Origin: Clostridiaceae bacterium
GTDB taxonomy: Bacteria; Bacillota; Clostridia; Oscillospirales; Acutalibacteraceae
DNA length: 64,000 nucleotides
Direction of reading: 5' to 3'
Assembly: GCA_016295355.1 (NCBI GenBank)
Contig: JAEDLK010000005.1
Location: forward strand, 1,871 to 65,870
Position numbers and translations under genes: made by a program. Positions 44,651 through 52,422 of this stretch are shown one piece after another (within the stretch, counting starts at the first letter, position 1; the number at the start of each line of letters is the position of its first letter). The notes beneath the pieces were generated by a model, which worked only from the letters and a program-made list of their open reading frames with translations, ran no database searches and was not told the origin of the DNA.

Positions 44651-44858
44651 ATGACTATAGAATATCGAAACGCTACAAAGCGTTTCGATAAAGCCGATTT
44701 TATCGGCTCTTGCCAATTCAAATACGCACTGTTTTGAATTGGCTCTATATTCATGGCAATGGTGTCGACAAATTTTCTTTGAAAATTTGCTGCCAAATCG
44801 AAGATTTGGTGTCGAAATCGTGTGTTTAACCACTATTTCGACTATCTATAACCATTAT
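44651..44858 (+). repeat. Hairpin-rich ~208-nt element, copy A
   Basis: Hand alignment to the reverse complement of 55280..55486 gives about 16 substitutions plus one 1-nt indel. Contains six consecutive hairpins. The termini ATGACTATAGA / TCTATAACCAT are complementary. Confidence 0.8.
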
Positions 44859-45052
44859 GACGCCGCTTCGCCCTTTTTGTATAAGCAAAAATGATCTGTT
44901 TGTAAGGTTGAAAGAAGTTACTCCCAACGGGTTGCCTGTACGGTGCAGCCGTGAATAGGCAACCAGGCTGATGCCTTGCATAAACAATGGAAATGCCGCC
45001 ATTTAATAGGCGGCCGCCAAAACCGACACCTGTTCTATTCTGTCACATGAAC

Positions 45053-45088
45053 CACCTGATGAAAGCTTTTTTCATTGGGTGTTTTTTT
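45053..45088 (+). terminator. Intrinsic terminator (first convincing one downstream of tyrS)
   Basis: CACCTGATGAAA-5 nt-TTTCATTGGGTG (12 bp with two G-U) followed by TTTTTTT. Confidence 0.65.
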
Positions 45089-45142
45089 GCTCCATTCTGC
45101 CCGATGCCACCCCCCTTTCTTCCATACTTTTGAAAAAAAGAC

Positions 45143-45188
45143 TTGACAAACCGGCATAATTGTATTATTTTGATAGTAAACTAATACA
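45143..45188 (+). promoter_or_regulatory. Promoter plus inverted-repeat operator candidate of the ytrA-like operon
   Basis: TTGACA (45143..45148), 17-nt spacer, TATTTT. Inverted repeat TGTATTA (45161..45167) ... TAATACA (45182..45188). Confidence 0.5.
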
Positions 45189-45192
45189 GTTG

Positions 45193-45570
45193 ATGAGAGG
45201 AGTGAATGTATTGGATTGGCATTTAGACAAAAACCGTCCGCTCTGCCCGCAGATTGAAGAACAGCTTTGCGTAAGCATTGCCACAGGAGAAATCAAACCG
45301 TCCGATCGTCTGCCTTCGGTCAGGGAGCTGGCTGTCAGTGCATCGGTCAACCCCAACACCGTGCAAAAGGCACTGGAGTCATTGGAGCAAAAAGGCCTGC
45401 TGTCTTCGGTACGGGGATCGGGCTGGTTTGTCAGTCCGCAGCCACAAAAGGCCAAGGAGATCGTCAATCAGTTAATCCACGCCCGCACAGGCACCTATCT
45501 GGAAGCCATGCGGTTATACGGATGTGATCGGGAAGAAATTATAAGAATTGTTAAGGAGTGGACTCCATGA
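45193..45570 (+). CDS. GntR-family regulator, YtrA subfamily
   Basis: Short (about 120 aa) winged HTH, LPSVRELAVSASVNPNTVQKALESLEQKGLL. Start ambiguous: ATG 45193, GTG 45202 or TTG 45211. Confidence 0.8.
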   Translation: MRGVNVLDWHLDKNRPLCPQIEEQLCVSIATGEIKPSDRLPSVRELAVSASVNPNTVQKALESLEQKGLLSSVRGSGWFVSPQPQKAKEIVNQLIHARTGTYLEAMRLYGCDREEIIRIVKEWTP

Positions 45571-46265
45571 GTGAATTACTGCGCTGTGAAGATTTATGCA
45601 AGTGTTACGGTCATTTGGTCGCTTTGGACCATATCAACCTGACGGTGGAAAGCGGAAAAATCATCGGCCTGTTAGGCCCCAACGGATCGGGAAAAACAAC
45701 CTTGATCAAACTGCTAAACGGTCTTTTAACCCCTTCGGCCGGTCATATCACGGTATGCGGCGATGAACCGGGCGTGCAAACCAAAAAAGCGGTCGCCTAC
45801 CTGCCTGACACGGTGTTCTTGGGCGGCAACATGACCGTGCGCCAGACGGTGAATCTGTTTGATGACTTTTTTGACGATTTTCGTCCGTCATTGGCTTATG
45901 AAATGCTCAACCGCTTGAACATCGACCCGAATGCCCGTCTTAAAACCCTTTCAAAGGGCAACAAGGAGAAGGTTTCCTTAATATTAACCATGAGTCGCAA
46001 CGCCCGTTTATACGTATTGGACGAACCGATCGCCGGCGTTGACCCTGCCACCAGAGATTACATCATCTCCACCATTTTGAATAACTACAATCCGGAGGCA
46101 TCGGTCATTATTTCCACCCATTTGATTGCCGACATCGAGCAAGCCTTGGACGAGGTCATCTTTATCAAAAACGGTCATATTGTCATGCAAAAGTCCGTGG
46201 ATGAGATACGCACAGAGAACAACAAGAGCGTTGACGAGTTGTTCCGGGAGGTATTCAAATGGTAA
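45567..46265 (+). CDS. ABC transporter ATP-binding protein
   Basis: Walker A GPNGSGKTT, signature LSKGNKEK, Walker B LYVLDEP. ATGA overlap with the regulator stop. Confidence 0.9.
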   Translation: MSELLRCEDLCKCYGHLVALDHINLTVESGKIIGLLGPNGSGKTTLIKLLNGLLTPSAGHITVCGDEPGVQTKKAVAYLPDTVFLGGNMTVRQTVNLFDDFFDDFRPSLAYEMLNRLNIDPNARLKTLSKGNKEKVSLILTMSRNARLYVLDEPIAGVDPATRDYIISTILNNYNPEASVIISTHLIADIEQALDEVIFIKNGHIVMQKSVDEIRTENNKSVDELFREVFKW

Positions 46266-47068
46266 AAAAATTATTGAAATACGAGTTTATTTCCTTTGCC
46301 AAGACCATTCTGCCCATGGAAATCATTCTGTTGGGCATTGCCGTGTTGACCCGTTTCATCCAGTTTTTTGAGGATGACAGTGTCACCTATCGCATTTTCA
46401 GCATTTCCTCTGTTGTAGCTTTGGTGATTTCCTGCATCGTTTGTTTGGTGATGACCGTGTTTGTCAATTTGATTCGGTTTTACCGCAACCTGTATACAGG
46501 CGAGGGATATCTGACCCTCACACTGCCGGTCACTCATCATCAGCATATCCTCTCCAAACTGATCGCAGCGGTTTGCTCCACGATTTTCTCCGTCATCTCC
46601 ATTCTTTTGGCCATTGCTATCAGCACAGCCGGCGAGGTCTTTCATGAACTGCTCAAGGCCTTCGGCTATTTATTCGGACTCTTCACCCAAAAGCTCGGTG
46701 CTGACGCCTGGCTGTATGTGTTAGAGTTTCTGATTTTAGCCCTACTCATGACGACAAGCGAATACCTGCTCTGCTACGGCTGTATCACGGTCGGACAGAT
46801 GGCCAAAAAGAACCGTGTGCTGGCCGCCTTCGGCGTCTTTTTCGGCTATTATATGTTTGGTCAAGTGCTCTCGACCGTCCTGCTTGTGATCACCGGTAAC
46901 TTTTATAAGGAACTGCATCTGGATGAATTATTGCGGTGGTTCTCTGAAAATCCCAGACCGGCTGCCCATATCATACTGATTTCCCTGTCGGCGTTTGCGA
47001 TATTGATGGGTTGCATCTACTATCTGATCACCCATAAGTTGATGAAACAAAAACTCAATCTGGAATAA
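46259..47068 (+). CDS. ABC-2-type membrane protein (permease partner)
   Basis: Six hydrophobic segments. Overlaps the ATPase stop. Confidence 0.6.
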   Translation: MVKKLLKYEFISFAKTILPMEIILLGIAVLTRFIQFFEDDSVTYRIFSISSVVALVISCIVCLVMTVFVNLIRFYRNLYTGEGYLTLTLPVTHHQHILSKLIAAVCSTIFSVISILLAIAISTAGEVFHELLKAFGYLFGLFTQKLGADAWLYVLEFLILALLMTTSEYLLCYGCITVGQMAKKNRVLAAFGVFFGYYMFGQVLSTVLLVITGNFYKELHLDELLRWFSENPRPAAHIILISLSAFAILMGCIYYLITHKLMKQKLNLE

Positions 47069-47081
47069 AGGAGTGTTTGCC

Positions 47082-47192
47082 ATGAAAAAAACCATATTGG
47101 TCATCACGGCTGTGGCCACCTTGCTTCTGTTGGCCGTTCGCTTAATCGGCAAACAGCCTAAAACCGACCCCACACAGGAGGATGTGTTATGA
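47082..47192 (+). CDS. 36-aa single-TM peptide MKKTILVITAVATLLLLAVRLIGKQPKTDPTQEDVL
   Basis: AAAGGAG 8 nt upstream. Its stop overlaps the next gene's start (ATGA). Below the ORF-track size cutoff. Confidence 0.45.
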   Translation: MKKTILVITAVATLLLLAVRLIGKQPKTDPTQEDVL

Positions 47193-47890
47193 AGAAAAAC
47201 AAAATTAAAAAACTCATTGCCCTTGCGGGTGCGGTGCTGCTGATGCTACCGCTGACCGGCTGCCGTTCGCTGGATGAAATGCGTTCCAAGCAGGCGTTTT
47301 GGAACGGCGAAGACCGTCAAGCTATTTCCTTTAACGGCAACAGCTACAAAAGACTGGACTCCTGTGCAGATCTTCGTTTACCCACATCGGTCAATACTTG
47401 TTATATCACCGAAACAGATGTGCCGGTGTTATTGAGCCAATCGATGGGCTACCGAGCGTCGGTGTCGACGGATCATCGGTTTATTTCAAACAATGATCAT
47501 ATCTACGCCCGCGAGGATGTTTTTGATACCTTCCAAGCCTTGATTCAAAATCACCCCATGCCCTATTATGCCACTTATGTCATCGAAAAAAACTACGAAG
47601 TCACTGTTCGGGCGCTTGATTCTTCCCTGCAACAGACGTTGCAATCGGCCATAGACGGCATGGTCAAAACCACAGCTTTCACAACCGGTCTGCCGGAAGT
47701 GCCGATCTTTAAGTGCGATGAAACCGGCCTTTTCTACACCGAGGCGTTCTCTCTGTATTTGGATCGAACAACCGCAACCATCTATTTAAGAGATGACGAT
47801 GACATTTACCGTCTGCCCGACGGATCATCCCTGCCGCTATCTGTTTTGTTCAACGATAACGAAAAGTATATCTCAACCGATTCTTACTGA
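47189..47890 (+). CDS. Lipoprotein of unknown function
   Basis: Signal peptide with lipobox LPLTGC. No recognisable domain. Confidence 0.6.
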   Translation: MKKNKIKKLIALAGAVLLMLPLTGCRSLDEMRSKQAFWNGEDRQAISFNGNSYKRLDSCADLRLPTSVNTCYITETDVPVLLSQSMGYRASVSTDHRFISNNDHIYAREDVFDTFQALIQNHPMPYYATYVIEKNYEVTVRALDSSLQQTLQSAIDGMVKTTAFTTGLPEVPIFKCDETGLFYTEAFSLYLDRTTATIYLRDDDDIYRLPDGSSLPLSVLFNDNEKYISTDSY

Positions 47891-47996
47891 AAATGCCCCC
47901 TGTAAACCGTCCTTGCCACTCTTTCTTAAAGGGTCGGCAAGGGCGATTTTGTATGAACGGCTCGTTGCGGTGCATACTACCAACGGAGGCGATTGC

Positions 47997-48626
47997 ATGA
48001 AAAAAGCAGGGTTGATCGGACTTTGTCTGCTTCTATGCCTGTGCGTGTCCCAGCCGGCGGTAGCACTGTCCAAGCGCGGCTCCCGCGGTGAAGAGGTTAC
48101 ACGCATTCAACAGGCTCTTAAACAAAGAGGCTATTACACCGGTGCTGTTGACGGCGTTTACGGGAGCGGTACGCAGGCCGCCGTTACAGCTTTTCAAAGA
48201 GATAACGGTCTGTCTGCCGATGGCATTGCAGGCCATCAAACGCTGACGGCCCTCGGTCTGTCGGCCGGCAACACCGACAGCGATTATCAGTTGTTGGCTC
48301 GTGTCATTTCAGCCGAGGCCCGTGGTGAACCCTATATCGGACAGGTGGCCGTGGGTGCAGTGATTCTCAACCGCATCGAGCATCCTTCCTTTCCCGATTC
48401 TCTGACGGGTGTCATCTTTCAAAACGGCGCCTTTACTTGCATGACCGACGGTCAATTCAGTGTAGAGATTGCAGAAAGCGCCTACAGTGCCGCACGGGAT
48501 GCCCTAAACGGATTAGACCCAACCGGCGGTGCCATTTATTATTACAACCCCGCCACCGCAACCAATCAATGGATTCGTAATCGACCGGTGGTTTACACCG
48601 TCGGTGCTCATGTCTTTTGTCAATAG
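47997..48626 (+). CDS. sleB: Spore cortex-lytic enzyme SleB-like (PG_binding_1 + Hydrolase_2)
   Basis: Signal peptide, PG-binding repeat (VTAFQRDNGLSADGIAGHQT) and ARVISAEARGEPYIGQVAVGAVILNRIEHPSFPDSL. ACGGAGG RBS before the ATG at 47997. Confidence 0.8.
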   Translation: MKKAGLIGLCLLLCLCVSQPAVALSKRGSRGEEVTRIQQALKQRGYYTGAVDGVYGSGTQAAVTAFQRDNGLSADGIAGHQTLTALGLSAGNTDSDYQLLARVISAEARGEPYIGQVAVGAVILNRIEHPSFPDSLTGVIFQNGAFTCMTDGQFSVEIAESAYSAARDALNGLDPTGGAIYYYNPATATNQWIRNRPVVYTVGAHVFCQ

Positions 48627-48712
48627 AAAATCATTACTGCCGGTAAGCCGGCTTTGCTGTGCGGTTGTAAGCTGCTGTTACCGGCAAGGCTCAAAGCTCA
48701 CCGAATGATCTG

Positions 48713-48760
48713 CCAACCGCAAGCGGATTCTTGCTGCCGCTAAAGCGGTTGGTTACTTTT
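48713..48760 (+). terminator. Terminator after sleB
   Basis: CCAACCGC...GCGGTTGG with a nested AGCGG/CCGCT stem, followed by TTACTTTTTG. Confidence 0.5.
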
Positions 48761-49046
48761 TGCTTGCCTTAACTCACTGACCTGTAAACTGTCTATGGGT
48801 TCTTTATACTCCCCTGTTTATACGCTTAGTGGATTGCTTCTGTGTTCTGCTGTTGACTTTTCCCTTCCCACTATATCTCATAAAGATTCTTAACACCAAA
48901 ACGCTCTGTTTCCGGATTGATCTTTTAGATTCGCGTATTTATCAAAGATCCTAAATCCTCTTTTCCTTTTAATATTCCATAGGAGTTCTCTTTTACTCAT
49001 CGACAAAAGTTATCACGTCACCACCCGCTTAGCAAGTGGGTCTTGA

Positions 49047-49085
49047 TACAAACAAAGGCCGTCAAGCCTAATCACGACTTGACGG
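49047..49085 (-). terminator. Terminator after the surface-anchor fragment
   Basis: CCGTCAAG-11 nt-CTTGACGG, with CCTTTGTTTG following on the minus strand. Confidence 0.6.
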
Positions 49086-49096
49086 TCTTTATAGTG

Positions 49097-49459
49097 TTAA
49101 TTGCTAATACTGTTTTTCCTGTTGTGAACCAAGAATCCAACCATACTGGTTCCTGACACAACCAACAATGCTATCCAAAGCCACATCATACTGTAATCAC
49201 CCGTTTGCGGTGCTTTTTGTGAATTAGAACCTCCGCCGTTTTCGGTCTGTGATGCTTTTACCTCAAAATGCGTACTGCACTCGCCGTCATTCAATAAAAC
49301 AGTCAAACTGTGTGTGCCGGCAGAAAGTGTTTTGAGATAATCAGCCTTAAGTGTCACAATCGTGGAACCGGACACAGCCGTATATCGCAGCGACAAAGTA
49401 ACCGAGTTTAATGCTTTTCTGATTACAGACTCGGAAAAAGCCGGTAAACGCAGAAGCAT
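49097..49459 (-). pseudogene. C-terminal fragment of a sortase-anchored surface protein
   Basis: Ends with the sorting signal APQTGD, a hydrophobic helix and the basic tail HNRKNSISN. It has no signal peptide and no N-terminal domains. Confidence 0.5.
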
Positions 49460-49484
49460 CCTTTCAACACGGCCGCTTTACACA

Positions 49485-49955
49485 ATGAGCGAGGAGCTTT
49501 TGAATTCGCTACTCAGTCGGCATCGGATGACAGACGAAGAAAGACAAACGATTTTGGACTTTGCCGCTGCCAAACGAAGAAGAATCGAGACGATACTGGA
49601 AAACAATACCATAGAAGATGAAATATCCGAACTGACAGAGGATGACTTGATCCGCCATCCTCTGCCGCTGGACCTTTCCGGCGCTTTCTGTGAACAGGAT
49701 ATTTTTTATACCTACGAAGAATATCATGAACATTTGAAAAGTACGGAACAATTTACCCAGGCCCATCCAAACTATGCGCTGAAAAGGACCTCATCTCACG
49801 CCTTTCACAATTTGCAGATAATCATTCACGAGGGTAAATGGGCTATGATATCCAAAGGAAAAACGCCGTCCATTCCTTTTGTGGTTTATCATCCAAAGAT
49901 GGTAAATGCCATTGAAACCTTTATTCCTCCTGTGGTGGAGGATAAGGCAGAATAG
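49485..49955 (+). CDS. Hypothetical protein (possibly the C-terminal part of a larger regulator-like protein)
   Basis: ATG at 49485 (MSEELLNSLL...). No recognisable motif. Abuts the opposite-strand fragment. Confidence 0.4.
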   Translation: MSEELLNSLLSRHRMTDEERQTILDFAAAKRRRIETILENNTIEDEISELTEDDLIRHPLPLDLSGAFCEQDIFYTYEEYHEHLKSTEQFTQAHPNYALKRTSSHAFHNLQIIIHEGKWAMISKGKTPSIPFVVYHPKMVNAIETFIPPVVEDKAE

Positions 49956-50135
49956 TATACAGCATGATTCTCATCGCATGATGGTGACCAATCTGTAGCA
50001 AGCGGTCTTAAATATGATCTGCAAAAGCCCCGATGTGTATCAGACAAGATCAACCGAGCCAGGCTGTCGGACAAAGGTTTTCATACATTGGTTAACCTCT
50101 TTTGAACCATGAGACGATTGCGTGGTTTTCGGGAT

Positions 50136-50170
50136 ACAAAAAGGCCGTGCGGTACCGTTGTCCGCACGGC
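50136..50170 (-). terminator. Terminator after the 245-aa membrane protein gene
   Basis: GGCCGTGCGG-9 nt-CCGCACGGC, with CTTTTTGTAT following on the minus strand. Confidence 0.65.
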
Positions 50171-50210
50171 TATATGATGCCTATAGGGCACCGTCAATCG
50201 GTGTCAAGTA

Positions 50211-50948
50211 CTATTCAATCCAGCCTTTATCCTTTAAGGCCTGCAAAAAGATTTCAGCTCTGCGTGTCGCCTCCAGGGCTTCCCCGTTTTTCTCCATCAG
50301 CGTTCCGCCAATGTTTTTAACGGCAATACCGATGTTTTGCGGAGCCGGAAAATCTGACACGACATCAATGGTCTCGTAAAATGCTTTTGTAAAAGGATGA
50401 TAAGCATACAAAAGGCCCGTGTCCGATAGGTCGTTCAAATAGTCCCAAGTATCCGCCGATGTGATAAACAGAGAAGTCTTGGTGTCAACCGCCACCAATG
50501 ACTGGAGCTTTTGCATCTTCACCTGCTGTTGCTCGGCCGTCGAAACCCCCACCTCAAAGGTACAGTTAATGACCTCGACCAACGCCGACCCATTGCCATC
50601 AAAATCGGGGCAGACCGACGAAAGGCTGTCCTGTATGCCGCTGATGTGCATTTCTGAAATATAATGATAATCGAAGGCGGCTATTCTGATATCCTTATTT
50701 GGGTTTTTGGCGCACTGCACACAGAAAAAGGCGGCAAACCCCGCAACAAGCAACAGACCGATAAAGGGAACCCGATAATAATACCACCAATGAGCGATTT
50801 TTTGCACAAAGCCCTGCGGACGAATCTCATCCTGATAGGGCGTATGCTCCACTGTCACACCGGCCTGTTTCGCCTTTTTCAGTTCCATTAAATCCTGTTG
50901 TGCTTTTCGCCTTTGTCGCAGGGTTTCACTTTCCGGTTTATGATCCAT
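50211..50948 (-). CDS. Membrane-anchored protein of unknown function
   Basis: Charged N-terminus, one TM helix (VPFIGLLLVAGFAAFFCVQ) and an extracytoplasmic domain of about 170 aa. Confidence 0.5.
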   Translation of the reverse strand: MDHKPESETLRQRRKAQQDLMELKKAKQAGVTVEHTPYQDEIRPQGFVQKIAHWWYYYRVPFIGLLLVAGFAAFFCVQCAKNPNKDIRIAAFDYHYISEMHISGIQDSLSSVCPDFDGNGSALVEVINCTFEVGVSTAEQQQVKMQKLQSLVAVDTKTSLFITSADTWDYLNDLSDTGLLYAYHPFTKAFYETIDVVSDFPAPQNIGIAVKNIGGTLMEKNGEALEATRRAEIFLQALKDKGWIE

Positions 50949-50959
50949 TTGTTTCTCCT

Positions 50960-51793
50960 TTACAGCTTTTCAAGAAAGGCCTTGAGTACCGATTCAAAAT
51001 TCACGCCGTACCGTCGGTCGGGATTTTCCGAAAGGGTGGCGGAAATACTATCACACACCAAATCAGCCGCCAGTGAAGTACTTTGAGGCAGTGTGTATCC
51101 GGCCAACAAAGCCCCCACCAAGCCACTGCCGAAAACATCGCCCGTGCCGTGATACAGTCCCGGTAAACGATCCTTTAAGATGTAGGAAATATGGCCGTTT
51201 TTAAGTACCGCCGCCCCCAAATGATCATGATCAAACGCCACACCGGTTAAGACCACATCCGCCTTGGTCAGCTCATACAAACGATGAAGCAGCATTTCTA
51301 TCATGGGCTTATCATACGGCGGTTCGCTGTAAGGCAAGCCGGTCATCAAGCAAGCCTCGGTGATATTGGGGACAATGATGTCGGCCTGTTGGCACAGTTC
51401 GAGCATAGCCCCCGGAAAATCCTGTTCAAAGCCGGGGTACAATTTGCCGTCATCGGCCATAGCCGGGTCGGTCACAATCAAAGAATCTTTTGTTCTGATA
51501 AGTGAAACGGCCTTGGCAACCAACGACGCTTGTTCGGGTGAGCCTAAATAGCCGGTATAAAAGGCATCGGCCGTAATGCCTTCCTTTTTCCAATGCTCGG
51601 CTATGGGCAAAATATCCTCAGTCAAATCCCGAAAGGTGTAGCCCGTAAAGCCACCTGTGTGGGTGGAAAGAACCGCTGTGGGAATAACCGCACATTCATG
51701 GCCGCAGGCCGAAAGAATGGGCAACGCAACCGTCAGAGAACATTTCCCGAAACAGGAAATGTCATGAATCGCCACCACTCTTTTTTGTGACAT
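50960..51793 (-). CDS. pdxK: Pyridoxal/pyridoxamine kinase
   Basis: RVVAIHDISCFGKCSLTVALPILSACG N-terminus and a ribokinase-like fold (GTGDVFGS). ATG at 51793 is 8 nt after AGAGG. Confidence 0.8.
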   Translation of the reverse strand: MSQKRVVAIHDISCFGKCSLTVALPILSACGHECAVIPTAVLSTHTGGFTGYTFRDLTEDILPIAEHWKKEGITADAFYTGYLGSPEQASLVAKAVSLIRTKDSLIVTDPAMADDGKLYPGFEQDFPGAMLELCQQADIIVPNITEACLMTGLPYSEPPYDKPMIEMLLHRLYELTKADVVLTGVAFDHDHLGAAVLKNGHISYILKDRLPGLYHGTGDVFGSGLVGALLAGYTLPQSTSLAADLVCDSISATLSENPDRRYGVNFESVLKAFLEKL

Positions 51794-51795
51794 TT

Positions 51796-52422
51796 TCATA
51801 ACCTCTTTTGACAAATTCCATGTAGGCAACAGCTCTCACAATCCGGCTTGCGTGCCGTACAAACGGCACGACCGTGTAATACCACACGGTGACAAAAGGC
51901 GTTAGAGTCCATACCCTTCAACAATGACCGCATTTTTTGCTCCACTTTATACGGATCGGTTGTTTTAACAAACCCCATTCGATTGCATAACCGGATAAAG
52001 TGCGTATCTGTGACCACTGCCGGCTTACCGTAGATATCGCCGCAAACCAAATTGGCCGTTTTCCGCCCGACACCGGGCAATCGAACCAATGCCTCAATCG
52101 TATCCGGCACCTCTCCGCCGAATTCTTCGACCAACATTCGAGCAATCCCACATAAATCCTTGGCCTTGCTGTGGAAAAGCCCACAGGTCATAATATACGG
52201 CTCAATGTCCTGCGGTGTGGCCTTTGCCATAGTATAACAATCGGGATAGTCTGAAAACAGCGCCGGTGTAACCAGATTAACCCGTGCATCGGTACATTGT
52301 GCCGATAATCGGGTGGCAATCAATAGCTGGAAGGGCGTTTGATAGGTTAGCGAACAAACCGCCTGAGGATAGGCCATCTTCAATGCCTCGACAGCGGTTG
52401 CCGCACGCATCTTTTCAGTCAT
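51796..52422 (-). CDS. nth: Endonuclease III
   Basis: HhH-GPD motif (LPGVGRKTANLV) and Fe-S cluster loop CTARKPDCESCCLHGIC. Confidence 0.9.
   Translation of the reverse strand: MTEKMRAATAVEALKMAYPQAVCSLTYQTPFQLLIATRLSAQCTDARVNLVTPALFSDYPDCYTMAKATPQDIEPYIMTCGLFHSKAKDLCGIARMLVEEFGGEVPDTIEALVRLPGVGRKTANLVCGDIYGKPAVVTDTHFIRLCNRMGFVKTTDPYKVEQKMRSLLKGMDSNAFCHRVVLHGRAVCTARKPDCESCCLHGICQKRL

Noticed and set aside
44594-44833. 79-aa ORF inside repeat copy A, with its counterparts 55305..55514 and 55097..55486 in copy B
   Set aside because: The two copies differ by a 1-nt indel that shifts the frame. Substitutions are not biased to the third codon position. The ORFs run through consecutive hairpins, and there is no RBS. 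They are treated as non-coding repeat sequence.
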